Shown: positions 10,023-19,825, counted from the first letter of the stretch. The stretch: 64,000 bases of DNA from Candidatus Competibacteraceae bacterium (GCA_014879445.1 JACSSC010000018.1:64706-128705); one strand, 5' to 3'. Notes: generated by a model not told the origin, from the letters alone. Translations and numbers: made by a program.

Positions 10023-10195
10023 TAAAAGAAGTAGCACAGCACATTCCGGATGTTTCAATCTATCCAATTATTTCATTGGCGATTTTTTTTATCTACTTTT
10101 CTTTTATGCTGATTCGGGTAATAAGTAAAGATAATAAATCGGTTGAAATATTGAAAAACATGCCCATTGACGAAGATTCATCAAATATCAAATGA
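10019..10195 (+). CDS. CcoQ-like small membrane protein (58 aa; absent from the ORF track)
   Basis: ATG overlaps the ccoNO stop codon (ATGA). The product 'MIKEVAQHIPDVSIYPIISLAIFFIYFSFMLIRV...' has one TM helix, and its position between ccoNO and ccoP is where ccoQ lies in cbb3 operons. Confidence 0.45.
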   Translation: MIKEVAQHIPDVSIYPIISLAIFFIYFSFMLIRVISKDNKSVEILKNMPIDEDSSNIK

Positions 10196-10211
10196 ATTTA
10201 AACATACTGTC

Positions 10212-11120
10212 ATGAAAAATTTAAAACATGATGTTATTAATACAAGCCGACAATCGTCTAGTATTTCAAAACAATCCATATGGATTAATTTTTGGTTTGT
10301 TTCTGCAATTTTTTTATCTATATCAGGAGAGAAAAATATCGACGACTCATTTCAATCAGCAGGATTTTCTGATGGACAGGTTTTCCTTTTGATAATAGCG
10401 GTGTTGTTGTTTATACAACTATGTTTGGATGTCATAGTTTATAACTTTCATCGGAAGATTCTAAAAAAATGGGGCACTCCAGAAGCTGAAGAATATATTA
10501 AAGCAGGCCCATTAAACCAATTTTGGAATAACTTTATGGGGCTAGTCCCAGTTCATCGCGAAAAGGAGTTGGTGATTGAAGGCCATGAAATTGATGGAAT
10601 TGAAGAGCTCGACAACACAATGCCTCCTTGGCTCAAGTGGCTGTTTTATGGCACAATTGTGATCGGATTTATTTATATAATGTATTATATCGTATTGGGA
10701 ATTGGCGACAATCAATATCAGGAATATGATAAAGAAATGGCCGCTGCAGAGCAAATAAAGAATGAAAGATTAAAAAATCAATCAAACCAGATAGATGAAA
10801 ATTCAGTAATATTTCTTACTGCAGATGCCGATTTGAGTGAGGGTAAACAAATTTTTATGGACAACTGCGCCACTTGTCATGGACAACAGGCAGGGGGAGG
10901 AGCAGGCCCAAATTTGACTGATGAATATTGGATTCATGGCGGGGGTATTAACAATGTGTATTCTACAATTAAATATGGCGTAATTGAGAAAGGCATGATT
11001 TCCTGGCAAACCAAACTAACGCCTGTTCAAATTCAAAAAGTGGCCAGCTATGTTTTGTCGCTTAAAGGAAGCAATCCGCCAGGAGGATTGCCACCGGCAG
11101 GAGAAAAATGGGAAGAATAA
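10212..11120 (+). CDS. ccoP: cbb3 oxidase cytochrome c subunit III-like (single CxxCH haem motif)
   Basis: N-terminal TM segment followed by a C-terminal c-type cytochrome domain: 'CATCHGQQAGG...' with a downstream Met ligand region. The in-frame ATG at 10167 is an alternative start. Confidence 0.75.
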   Translation: MKNLKHDVINTSRQSSSISKQSIWINFWFVSAIFLSISGEKNIDDSFQSAGFSDGQVFLLIIAVLLFIQLCLDVIVYNFHRKILKKWGTPEAEEYIKAGPLNQFWNNFMGLVPVHREKELVIEGHEIDGIEELDNTMPPWLKWLFYGTIVIGFIYIMYYIVLGIGDNQYQEYDKEMAAAEQIKNERLKNQSNQIDENSVIFLTADADLSEGKQIFMDNCATCHGQQAGGGAGPNLTDEYWIHGGGINNVYSTIKYGVIEKGMISWQTKLTPVQIQKVASYVLSLKGSNPPGGLPPAGEKWEE

Positions 11121-11141
11121 AATAATTGGGGTTAATGAATA

Positions 11142-12515
11142 ATGCAACATGCTGAAATCCCAATAGAAAGCCCCATTACTAGAAGGTCAAGAATTTTTCC
11201 TAAAAAACCATCGGGGAAATTTCATAGGGCAAGATTAATTGTTGCCTTTTTTCTTTTTAGCGGTTTTTTTCTTATTCCATTTATTAAAATCAATGGGCAT
11301 CCTTTTTTATTGATGAATTTTGTAGAAAGAAAATTTATCATTTTAGGCCAAATCTTTTGGCCACAAGATACTCATCTGCTCATTTTTTTATTGCTCATTT
11401 TCTTTGTTTTTGTTATTCTCTTTACAGTTGTTTTTGGTCGAGTATGGTGTGGGTGGGCTTGCCCCCAAACGCTATTTATGGAAATGATTTTTAGAAAAAT
11501 TGAATACTTAATTGAAGGAAATGCAGGGCAGCAGAGAAAATTATCCGAACAGAAATGGACAAATGAAAAATTTTTCAAAAGAACGATAAAGCACTTGTTG
11601 TTTGTTTTAATTTCACTTACTGTTTCTTTTGTTGTCCTTTCGTATGTAGTAGGTATAGAAAAAACCATTTTATGGTTGTCGATGAAGGCAGCAATGCCAT
11701 CGTTCGCATTGCTTTTTGTATTTGCATTTGCCTTGATTTTTTATTTCGTTTTTTCTGTTCTAAGAGAATATGCATGTACAGTAGTTTGTCCATACGGAAG
11801 ATTACAAGGGGTGCTTGTTAATAAAGACTCTATTGTGGTTGCCTATGACAGATTTAGAGGAGAACCGCGAGGCAAAATTGACAAAAAATCACCCACAAAC
11901 CATGGAGATTGTGTAGATTGTTCGCTTTGTGTACAAGTATGTCCCACAGGAATTGATATAAGAAATGGAACGCAAATGGAATGTGTGCACTGTACCGCTT
12001 GTATTGACGCATGTGATGAAGTAATGGCGAAAATTGGCAAGCCCAAAGGGCTCATTCGGCTCGACTCTATACAAGGGCTTCTGGGCAGAAAAAGATTTCA
12101 ACTCAATGCACGCATGATAGCATATTCATTCGTTCTAATGTTGCTTATGTCTGGGTTTTTTTATTTAATTTTATCTAGAACGGATACCGAAACCACTTTG
12201 GTAAGAGCAATTGGTCAATTATATCAAGAGTTGCCCAATGGCAATATATCAAATCTTTATAGCATTCAAGTGATAAACAAAACCTTTACCCCCATTACCG
12301 TTCAATTTCGAATAAAAAATCATTCAGGGCAAATAACACGGCCTGATAAAATCGACATTTCAGGACAATCCATAGCACAAGACGTATTATTGATTGAAAT
12401 ACCATCAGGAGATATTCGTCAAATGAAAACGCCTTTACAAATAGAAATTATTCAAAACGGAAGGGTAATTGAAACCGTTTCAACCAATTTTCTTGCCCCC
12501 GTTTCCAAACTTTAA
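11142..12515 (+). CDS. ccoG: Cytochrome c oxidase accessory protein CcoG (4Fe-4S ferredoxin-type)
   Basis: Contains 'CGWACPQ' and the two-cluster ferredoxin motif 'CVDCSLCVQVCPTG...CVHCTACIDACD', and occupies the position after ccoP. Confidence 0.85.
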   Translation: MQHAEIPIESPITRRSRIFPKKPSGKFHRARLIVAFFLFSGFFLIPFIKINGHPFLLMNFVERKFIILGQIFWPQDTHLLIFLLLIFFVFVILFTVVFGRVWCGWACPQTLFMEMIFRKIEYLIEGNAGQQRKLSEQKWTNEKFFKRTIKHLLFVLISLTVSFVVLSYVVGIEKTILWLSMKAAMPSFALLFVFAFALIFYFVFSVLREYACTVVCPYGRLQGVLVNKDSIVVAYDRFRGEPRGKIDKKSPTNHGDCVDCSLCVQVCPTGIDIRNGTQMECVHCTACIDACDEVMAKIGKPKGLIRLDSIQGLLGRKRFQLNARMIAYSFVLMLLMSGFFYLILSRTDTETTLVRAIGQLYQELPNGNISNLYSIQVINKTFTPITVQFRIKNHSGQITRPDKIDISGQSIAQDVLLIEIPSGDIRQMKTPLQIEIIQNGRVIETVSTNFLAPVSKL

Positions 12516-12558
12516 TCCGTTATATTTGTTATTAAACAATAATCATAAAGATGAAAAG

Positions 12559-12999
12559 ATGAATTGGGGAAAAGGTATCAGCATTGCTATTATTTTATTT
12601 TCCGGTTTTATATTATTTCTTGTTATCACTTGCATGCGTCAAACTGATATTAACCTTGTATCGGAAGATTATTATGAACAGGAAATATCTTATCAGCAGG
12701 TGATTGATAAATTGAATAATGCATCAATGTTACCTCATCAGCCCGATGTCAGAGATGATGCAAGTGGAGTTTGGATAGATTTTTCTAAGTTAAGCAATTA
12801 TCAAAATATTACAGGCAATATGGTTTTTTTCAGGCCATCGGATCCTAAGCTTGATCGCAGCATCTCGATTTCTCTCGATAGTGATGGAAGGCAGCTCATA
12901 CAAAAGCAAAATTTACAGTATGGAAAATGGATTTGTAAACTCAGTTGGCAAAATGGAGGAACTGAATATTATACCGAGCACCCATTAGTAATACAATAG
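12559..12999 (+). CDS. FixH/CcoH family protein
   Basis: N-terminal TM helix, a size of about 146 aa and a position after ccoG. 'MNWGKGISIAIILFSGFILFLVI' is FixH-like. The ORF-track start at 12469 overlaps ccoG. Confidence 0.65.
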   Translation: MNWGKGISIAIILFSGFILFLVITCMRQTDINLVSEDYYEQEISYQQVIDKLNNASMLPHQPDVRDDASGVWIDFSKLSNYQNITGNMVFFRPSDPKLDRSISISLDSDGRQLIQKQNLQYGKWICKLSWQNGGTEYYTEHPLVIQ

Positions 13000-13689
13000 A
13001 TGGTTTGGATAGCATTAAGCATCGGATTAATGAGTGGCTTTCACTGTGTTGGGATGTGTGGACCTATTGCCTTAGCCGTGCCTGTAATAAAAAGCTCTTT
13101 GCTTTCCGAAACCATGAGTCGGTTATTATATCATGCAGGTCGCATCATTTCTTATATTATGATTGGCTTTACTTTCGGGCTTATCGGAAGTTTGGTTTCG
13201 CTAGGTGGTTTTCAGCAAATTGTATCAATTTCAGCAGGTGTTTTTCTGCTGTTATTTGTCTTACCATCATTACGAATAGAAAAAAAACTTTCCGGATGGG
13301 GGCTTTCCTTTTTCAAGAAACTAAAACAACCAGCTAAGCACTTAATTGTTAAAAGAAACTATGGGGCTATTTTTGTCTTGGGTGTTATTAATGGCATTAT
13401 ACCATGTGGCATGGTATATGTTGCCGCGTCCGGCGCATTGGCATCCGGATCGCTTGTGTCGAGCATGATGTTTATGTTTTTTTTTGGCGTAGGCACTATG
13501 CCGGTTTTATACGCTCTTGCTTCAGGGGTTCACTTATTAAGCATCCCCTTTCGTAAACGAATCAGGCAGTTTATTCCGGTCTGGATAGGTGTTTTGGCTC
13601 TCATTTTTATTCTTCGTGGGCTCAATCTCGACATTCCATATCTCAGCCCACGGATTACTGAGCCAACCGCACAGGAGCATTGTCATTAA
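13000..13689 (+). CDS. Polytopic membrane protein, TauE/SafE- or DsbD_2-like ('FHCxGMCGP' motif)
   Basis: Six predicted TM segments with a Cys pair 'HCVGMCGPI' in TM1, and translationally adjacent to FixH. Confidence 0.55.
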   Translation: MVWIALSIGLMSGFHCVGMCGPIALAVPVIKSSLLSETMSRLLYHAGRIISYIMIGFTFGLIGSLVSLGGFQQIVSISAGVFLLLFVLPSLRIEKKLSGWGLSFFKKLKQPAKHLIVKRNYGAIFVLGVINGIIPCGMVYVAASGALASGSLVSSMMFMFFFGVGTMPVLYALASGVHLLSIPFRKRIRQFIPVWIGVLALIFILRGLNLDIPYLSPRITEPTAQEHCH

Positions 13690-13709
13690 AAATGTGCCCC
13701 GATTTATAA

Positions 13710-14696
13710 TCATTGCAGATTAGATAATTTTTGCTTCAACTCATTGATGATCTGTATATCCATGATATCAACACCATTCATTTCTGCCAAAAAATAAGAA
13801 ACCCAGTCGGTAAAATGAATAAGATAAAACACATGTTCAAGCGGATGATCTCCCTCCGACCAAAGATGTGAAACTGACGCGGCCCGTTGGCTTATAATTT
13901 CAGAATTGATGTCAACTCTTGCCTGGTTGCGCGTATAGTCAATGGCTGTGCGAAGAAAGACAACAGATTGTAATGGCTGGTCCATGCTCCACCCAACCAA
14001 TTCGTTATGGTTCATTTCAGGTATTACATGATGAGATGCCAGCATTTTGGCATTTTCGTTAAGTTGTTGTCGAAATCTGACAGCAATGCCTTCGTTTGAG
14101 GAATCGGCATATATAATAGGAAAGGTTTGAAATAGTTGGCGAGCAAGCTTTTCAGATTCCTTAATTATTTTATCAGCGTGATTTGTCAGAAATGCTGGAA
14201 GGGTTTTTAATACTTGCGAATATGAAGATGGCAAACAATTTATTTTTTGTAAAATACAAATTAGTATGGAAAGCGAATATCCCAAACATGCCCGAGGAGG
14301 ATATCCGCCTGGGACGATAAACGCTGGCAATCTATGTTCAATAGCCAATTTTGACAACTTGCCACCACTGGTAATACAAATTACGTTTGCGCCTTTGATT
14401 ATGGCTTGATGAGCAGAGGATAATGTTTCTTCGGTATCTCCAGAATATGATGAAGCAATAAACAAAGTATCAGGTCCAATAAAGGCAGGAATATGATAAT
14501 CTTTACTTATACAAACAGGAACCGAACTGTGTAAGCGAGATAAGTCGGCAGCAATGCTTCCTCCAATCCCCGACCCCCCTAATCCGGAAATAACAATGTT
14601 TTTGATATTGTTAGTGTCAGGCGACCACGAAACCTGAGAGAAGATTTCAAGTCCTTTTTCAATATGTTGGGGCAATCCCTTGATTAATGATTTCAT
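13710..14696 (-). CDS. SIS-domain bifunctional phosphoglucose/phosphomannose isomerase-like protein
   Basis: 328-aa SIS-fold protein with 'SGLGGSGIGG' and 'SYSGDTEET'; its N-terminus resembles archaeal-type PGI/PMI. Confidence 0.55.
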   Translation of the reverse strand: MKSLIKGLPQHIEKGLEIFSQVSWSPDTNNIKNIVISGLGGSGIGGSIAADLSRLHSSVPVCISKDYHIPAFIGPDTLFIASSYSGDTEETLSSAHQAIIKGANVICITSGGKLSKLAIEHRLPAFIVPGGYPPRACLGYSLSILICILQKINCLPSSYSQVLKTLPAFLTNHADKIIKESEKLARQLFQTFPIIYADSSNEGIAVRFRQQLNENAKMLASHHVIPEMNHNELVGWSMDQPLQSVVFLRTAIDYTRNQARVDINSEIISQRAASVSHLWSEGDHPLEHVFYLIHFTDWVSYFLAEMNGVDIMDIQIINELKQKLSNLQ

Positions 14697-15036
14697 TTAT
14701 ATTATAATTATTTCACAATGGTATTTTGGGCGTTAATAAAATCATCGGCTAAAGGTCGGAATTTTTTTTTTATCATGTAATTCAGTAGGGAGATCTATTT
14801 ATTTAAGAGTAGAATATGGGTTTATGTCTTATTTTTTTATAAATATAGGCACTGATAAAAGGCCTGTAAACAAAGGCCGTTATCCGACAGCAAGCAATTA
14901 CACGCAGTTACGTTCGACTGTAATTGATTATCAACCGACTGGTGAATTTTGGCAGCTACATCTTTGCGGTGCAATTCGATAACGATTTCGGTTGCGATAA
15001 CGAAAATTCATGTTAAACTTTAAAATCGTAACAAGT

Positions 15037-15372
15037 ATGAACAATTTGAAAAACAGCGTACGGCTGATCGGACATGTGGGTATGGACCCTGAAGTAAAAG
15101 TAATCAATGGAGACCGCAAGCTGGCGAAGTTTTCGGTAGCCACATCCGACAATTACAAAAACGCAAAGGGCGAGTGGGAAAAGCAAACCCAGTGGCACAA
15201 CATGATTGCATGGGGCAATACGGCCACTCGTGTTGAAAAAGCCGTAAGCAAAGGATGTGAGGTGGTTATCGAAGGAAAGCTCATGCATCGTAATTATGAA
15301 GATGCACAGGGCGTCAAGCGTTACATCAGCGAAATTCAAGTAACAGAATTGATGGTGATGAAAACCAAGTAG
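15037..15372 (+). CDS. ssb: Single-stranded DNA-binding protein, short form lacking an acidic C-terminal tail
   Basis: OB-fold SSB signature: '...RLIGHVGMDPEV...' and 'TQWHNMIAWG' (the W/H ssDNA-contact region). It ends '...ELMVMKTK' with no D/E-rich IPF tail. Confidence 0.75.
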   Translation: MNNLKNSVRLIGHVGMDPEVKVINGDRKLAKFSVATSDNYKNAKGEWEKQTQWHNMIAWGNTATRVEKAVSKGCEVVIEGKLMHRNYEDAQGVKRYISEIQVTELMVMKTK

Positions 15373-15399
15373 GCGCTGTGTTCAACATGCTGAACAACA

Positions 15400-15431
15400 A
15401 AAAGGGGCTGTCCATCAGGCAGCCCCTTTTG
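15400..15431. terminator. Bidirectional rho-independent terminator between ssb and the converging T9SS gene
   Basis: AAAAGGGGCTG-tccatcagg-CAGCCCCTTTT: a GC-rich stem flanked by an A-run and a T-run. Confidence 0.75.
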
Positions 15432-15452
15432 TATTATTGCACAATCTTTTCT

Positions 15453-16232
15453 TCAGTAATCAACCTTATAGAGTTTTTGAATATAAGTTTTACCATTATA
15501 TGCAGTCAAGCTAACCAAATATATGCCTGCCGGCAAATCAGTTATGTCTATCATTGTTTTTTGCGAACCTTCGTTTACTTTGGCTTCTAAATGAATTTTT
15601 CCGCTCATATCCATAACCTGAATGGATTTGCCAAGGATTTCGCCTACAGTAACGACTCCCACTTCATCGCGAGCCGGATTGGGGTAAATCACCATGTCAC
15701 GCACCATCGAAAAACCTGAACTCGAGGATGGGTTTGAAATTTCGTTTGGCTGACTGATGTTTGAATTGAGAGACATTGGAAAAAGCTCGGCATCAAGTTC
15801 GTCGTCTACTTGCTCGCCATTCATATCATCAACGTAGGGATTGATGTATGCTGTGGCTGTAGAGGTATTGCCTGAGGGATTAATATAAACACCGGTAATG
15901 TTGTCAATGCCAACAATTTCGATTTCGTCGAAAATGCTACCGCCATCACCACGTGAGGTTACGACAACATCAACAGAAATAACCGTTCCGTTGGCAGAGA
16001 TTTGGCCAATATGAATCAAGTCGGGATTAGAAGATGTAATTTTAATGTCGTCAAGCACAAAATCACCTGTAGTTGCTAATTCAAGCGTAACAGTATTAAC
16101 ATCAACAGCTGAAGGGCTAATCGTAAAGATTACGGTTGTGCCCCCTTCGCGGCCATCATTTGATGCCTGAGAGAGAAAAGGTGCACAAATTAGTGCAGCT
16201 ATAAACAGTTTGGCGTAGATGATTCTTTTCAT
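15453..16232 (-). CDS. Secreted protein with T9SS C-terminal sorting domain
   Basis: Signal peptide 'MKRIIYAKLFIAALICAPFLSQA'. The final ~80 aa, 'IYPNPARDEV...IYLVSLTAYNGKTYIQKLYKVDY', match a por-secretion CTD. Confidence 0.6.
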   Translation of the reverse strand: MKRIIYAKLFIAALICAPFLSQASNDGREGGTTVIFTISPSAVDVNTVTLELATTGDFVLDDIKITSSNPDLIHIGQISANGTVISVDVVVTSRGDGGSIFDEIEIVGIDNITGVYINPSGNTSTATAYINPYVDDMNGEQVDDELDAELFPMSLNSNISQPNEISNPSSSSGFSMVRDMVIYPNPARDEVGVVTVGEILGKSIQVMDMSGKIHLEAKVNEGSQKTMIDITDLPAGIYLVSLTAYNGKTYIQKLYKVDY

Positions 16233-16464
16233 ATGCAGGAATTTTTTACTAATTTACTAAGCATTCGTAAAGACATTGTAGTACAATAAAACGCAATTAT
16301 CGCCCCAAAAGATACATCATTTATACTCAATTCACACACCAAACATTTGCAACTGACTGTTCAACAGTTAGATAATTTAAATTTTTTATCGTAGATTATA
16401 AAAATCTATCATCAATCTTTATCATTTAAAATACGTATATTGCCATAGCTAACCGATTGAAAAG

Positions 16465-17886
16465 ATGTATAAAAGCAAGCCTATTACTTTACTTAAGTCA
16501 TTTTCTTCAAGCAATTTAAGAGATTTTGAAAAGTTTTTGCACTCACCATATTACAACAAAAACGAGTTACTGATTCAGCTATTTGGGATATTGCGCAAAG
16601 AGCATCCGGCATATGAGGGAAAAAACATTGAAAGAGAAAAAATATATCAACGACTATACAAAGATCAGCCGTTTGAAGAGCCCAAGTTGCGATATTTATT
16701 TTCTGATTTCAGCAAATTGTTGGAGCAATATATTATGTTAAAAGAGTTGGAAAAGAACAAGGTTCAGCAGAACCAGTTATTGCTAACATATTATCGAACG
16801 CATGATATAGAAAAATATTTTTCGCAGGTATTGGATGAAACCAATAAATGGCTTGAACAACAAAACCAACGCGACTCGGATTATTATTTTTACCGCTACC
16901 TTACTGAAGAGTCATTATATTATTATAGTTCAGTGAGGCGCGATAAGAGTTTAGACACCATACTACAAGAAGCGGCTGACAACTTAGATTATTATTATTT
17001 ATCCAAGAAGTTGAAATATTTATGTGAGATGTTCACAAGACAGAACTTTCTTAACTCAGATTATCATACACCCTTATTGAAAGAAGTAACGGAATACGTT
17101 CGGCAGTCACAGATGGATTCATTCCCTGCTATACAGGCGTATTACTACGTATTGCAAACATTGATAGAAGAAGATAATGAGTCGCACTACAATCAATTAT
17201 TGACATATTTAGACCAACACAGACAAACCTTTAGCAGAGACGAATATCGAGATTTATATTTTTTGGCTCAAAACTATTGCACAAAACGAATTAATAAAGG
17301 AGATACTCGCTATTTGAATAAATTCCTTGATTTGTCAAAGATATTACTGGACAAGGAATTGATTTATGAAAACGGATATATTATACCATCCACATTCAAA
17401 AATATAGTAACAGTTGGTTTGCGATTAGAAGAGTTTGATTGGGTGGAAGAATTTTTAATCAAATATAAAGACAGGTTGGCGCCCAAATATCGCGACAACG
17501 CCTATACATATAATCAGGCCTGGTTGAGTTTTTTTAAAGGAGATTACCGAAAAACGCTGCGATTGTTAAGCAATGTAGAGTATATGGATGTGTACTATAT
17601 CTTGGACTCAAAAATTCTGCTATTAAAAACCTATTATGAAACCGAAGATGTGGATGCTTTTTATTCATTAGCCGAATCATTTTATGTTTATTTAAGGCGT
17701 AACGACCTAATTTCGGATTACCAAAAAACAATATCTTTAAACTTTGTAAAATTTGTAAAGCGGTTAATGCGAATCAGGTTGGGAGATGTTAAACAAGCAG
17801 AGTTGTTATTGTCAGAGATAAAAGAAAAACAACATGTTGCCAGCATTTCATGGCTAATCAAGAAAACAGAGCAATTGATTCGTTAA
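16465..17886 (+). CDS. Hypothetical cytoplasmic alpha-helical protein, Tyr-rich (TPR-like?)
   Basis: 473 aa with no signal peptide, periodic YY/YYY clusters and high predicted helix content. No catalytic motif was recognised. Confidence 0.5.
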   Translation: MYKSKPITLLKSFSSSNLRDFEKFLHSPYYNKNELLIQLFGILRKEHPAYEGKNIEREKIYQRLYKDQPFEEPKLRYLFSDFSKLLEQYIMLKELEKNKVQQNQLLLTYYRTHDIEKYFSQVLDETNKWLEQQNQRDSDYYFYRYLTEESLYYYSSVRRDKSLDTILQEAADNLDYYYLSKKLKYLCEMFTRQNFLNSDYHTPLLKEVTEYVRQSQMDSFPAIQAYYYVLQTLIEEDNESHYNQLLTYLDQHRQTFSRDEYRDLYFLAQNYCTKRINKGDTRYLNKFLDLSKILLDKELIYENGYIIPSTFKNIVTVGLRLEEFDWVEEFLIKYKDRLAPKYRDNAYTYNQAWLSFFKGDYRKTLRLLSNVEYMDVYYILDSKILLLKTYYETEDVDAFYSLAESFYVYLRRNDLISDYQKTISLNFVKFVKRLMRIRLGDVKQAELLLSEIKEKQHVASISWLIKKTEQLIR

Positions 17887-17944
17887 CATTTTTTTGCAGG
17901 AATCAATAACAGTTCGTAAATTGCAAGTTCAAATTGAAAAATGT

Positions 17945-19825
17945 ATGAAAAAGTTATTACCTATTGTAGTATTTGTATCTCTTTTTGGTGTTGGATTTCA
18001 GCGTGTTGAAGCACAATGCCCAGGATGCACCATTGATTATAGTTGTTTGGTTGCCGGTGGAGGGTTGTGTCCTGATTCATTACCTGCCGGTACACAAGGG
18101 GTGTATTACGATGAAAATGTAACATGTTATTTACCGTCCCAAATTGATGCAGGCCCGTTTTCAGGAGGCGTGTTGGGTATGGTTGATTTAATTTCTGTTA
18201 AGATTAACTCCATAAGTGGATTACCATTTGGGCTGAACTGGCAAAGTAATAAAGCCAACAATACCTATTATCCCAGTTCGGGCGAAAATCATGGCTGTGT
18301 GAAAATTTGCGGTGTGCCATTGGGAGCGCCTGGCGTTTATAATATTATTGTAAATGTTACTGCTATAGTGGATGCGGGAATATTGGGGAATCAGTCAGCA
18401 CAGATAGATTTCGATTTTCAGATGATGATTTTCCCTGGCTCTTCCGGCAACCTTGCATATAACTTTGCACCAACGTCTGCATGCGATTCTGGCACTTTTA
18501 GTTTTACACCTAATTTATCAGCATCACTTCCTCAGGTGATTACTTATGATTGGAATTTTGGAACGTCCACTTATTCAGGGATGAACCCTCCTAATATTGA
18601 TTATTTGGCTCCCGGGTTTTATCCCGTTACTGCAACCGTGAAGTTTTATGACCTCAAGCTTACAGCGCTTTCAGTATCACTTCAACCAGGCATTGACTGT
18701 TGGTTTGCCGGAGATATTGAAGAATTGAATTGTGGTAATGGCAATGTGGATTTTTTCTTTACTTATAATTCCGGATCTTTTAACTTTACCTCCTCAGTTC
18801 AAAATGACAACCCTTCAGCATCATGGACGGGTTTAAATTTAACCATCAACGGAACCGTGTTCTCATTTAATCTTTGGGACGATGACTTGGGGTCTCCCTT
18901 TGGATCTCCTGATGATAATGGAGGTGTATATACGGGCACACTTACCGGGCCAGGCACTTTTCCTTTTTCTACAGTTGCAATAAGTTCTGGAGGAGGTGGC
19001 ACAACCGGTTCTTATACCATTTCGCCGATATTAGCCAGTACTATTGTAGTAACCGATACCATCAAGGTATATGCTACTCCAGCAGCCCCTGATATTGCAT
19101 CATTATCTAATTCTTTTTGTAATGGAGATTCCACATTATTAAGTACAAGCACATCCGGATATATTTATGAATGGTATCGCAATGGTCTGCTCATTCCAAA
19201 TAGCAACTTACAGCAAATTTGGGTAAAGGACACGGGCTCATATTTTGTACGGATTATAGATCCTGTTTCAGCGTGTTATAACAATAGCACGCCTTTGCCC
19301 ATTACCTATTATGCTCATGTACCATATAATTTTGCCATTGTTTATAATGCATCCGCCGGCCAACTGCAATCAAACCTTTCCGGCTCATACTCTTATCAAT
19401 GGATGTTTTATAATGGAAGTAGTTGGTCAAACATTCCGGCTCCTGCCGGCGTGCAGAGCGGCTATACCCCTTCATCAAACGGACAATATATGCTGATAGC
19501 CACCACGCCTAATGGCTGCACAGATACAACACTTGCGTATACATTAACCCTCAGCACTCAACCACTAGAGGAAGACATGCAACTCACATTGTTCCCAGTA
19601 CCAACCGACGATGTTCTAAATATTCAGTTTACACTCGACAGTCCATCAGATGTTTATATTCGTATGTGCGATTTATCAGGTCGGATTATGGTTCAAGAGA
19701 ACATTCCAAATGCTTATGGATGGACACATCACATTATCCCGATGCAGCGTTATGCTTCCGGCACCTATTTGATAGACATTGAATTGCCCAACGGAATTAT
19801 CCGCAAGAAGATAATTCGGCAGTAA
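17945..19825 (+). CDS. Secreted protein with T9SS C-terminal sorting domain
   Basis: Signal peptide 'MKKLLPIVVFVSLFGVGFQRVEA'. C-terminus 'LFPVPTDDVLNIQF...GTYLIDIELPNGIIRKKIIRQ' matches a CTD. The start is taken at the internal Met with the signal peptide, not the ORF-track 17894. Confidence 0.6.
   Translation: MKKLLPIVVFVSLFGVGFQRVEAQCPGCTIDYSCLVAGGGLCPDSLPAGTQGVYYDENVTCYLPSQIDAGPFSGGVLGMVDLISVKINSISGLPFGLNWQSNKANNTYYPSSGENHGCVKICGVPLGAPGVYNIIVNVTAIVDAGILGNQSAQIDFDFQMMIFPGSSGNLAYNFAPTSACDSGTFSFTPNLSASLPQVITYDWNFGTSTYSGMNPPNIDYLAPGFYPVTATVKFYDLKLTALSVSLQPGIDCWFAGDIEELNCGNGNVDFFFTYNSGSFNFTSSVQNDNPSASWTGLNLTINGTVFSFNLWDDDLGSPFGSPDDNGGVYTGTLTGPGTFPFSTVAISSGGGGTTGSYTISPILASTIVVTDTIKVYATPAAPDIASLSNSFCNGDSTLLSTSTSGYIYEWYRNGLLIPNSNLQQIWVKDTGSYFVRIIDPVSACYNNSTPLPITYYAHVPYNFAIVYNASAGQLQSNLSGSYSYQWMFYNGSSWSNIPAPAGVQSGYTPSSNGQYMLIATTPNGCTDTTLAYTLTLSTQPLEEDMQLTLFPVPTDDVLNIQFTLDSPSDVYIRMCDLSGRIMVQENIPNAYGWTHHIIPMQRYASGTYLIDIELPNGIIRKKIIRQ

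Noticed and set aside
12469-12558. Upstream extension of the FixH ORF overlapping the ccoG 3' end
   Set aside because: The hydrophobic FixH N-terminus begins at the internal Met (12559), and the extension is Pro/Asn-rich and overlaps ccoG.
14931-15152. 73-aa minus-strand ORF overlapping the ssb start
   Set aside because: It is low-complexity (RNRNRYR), antisense to the ssb 5' end, and has no support.
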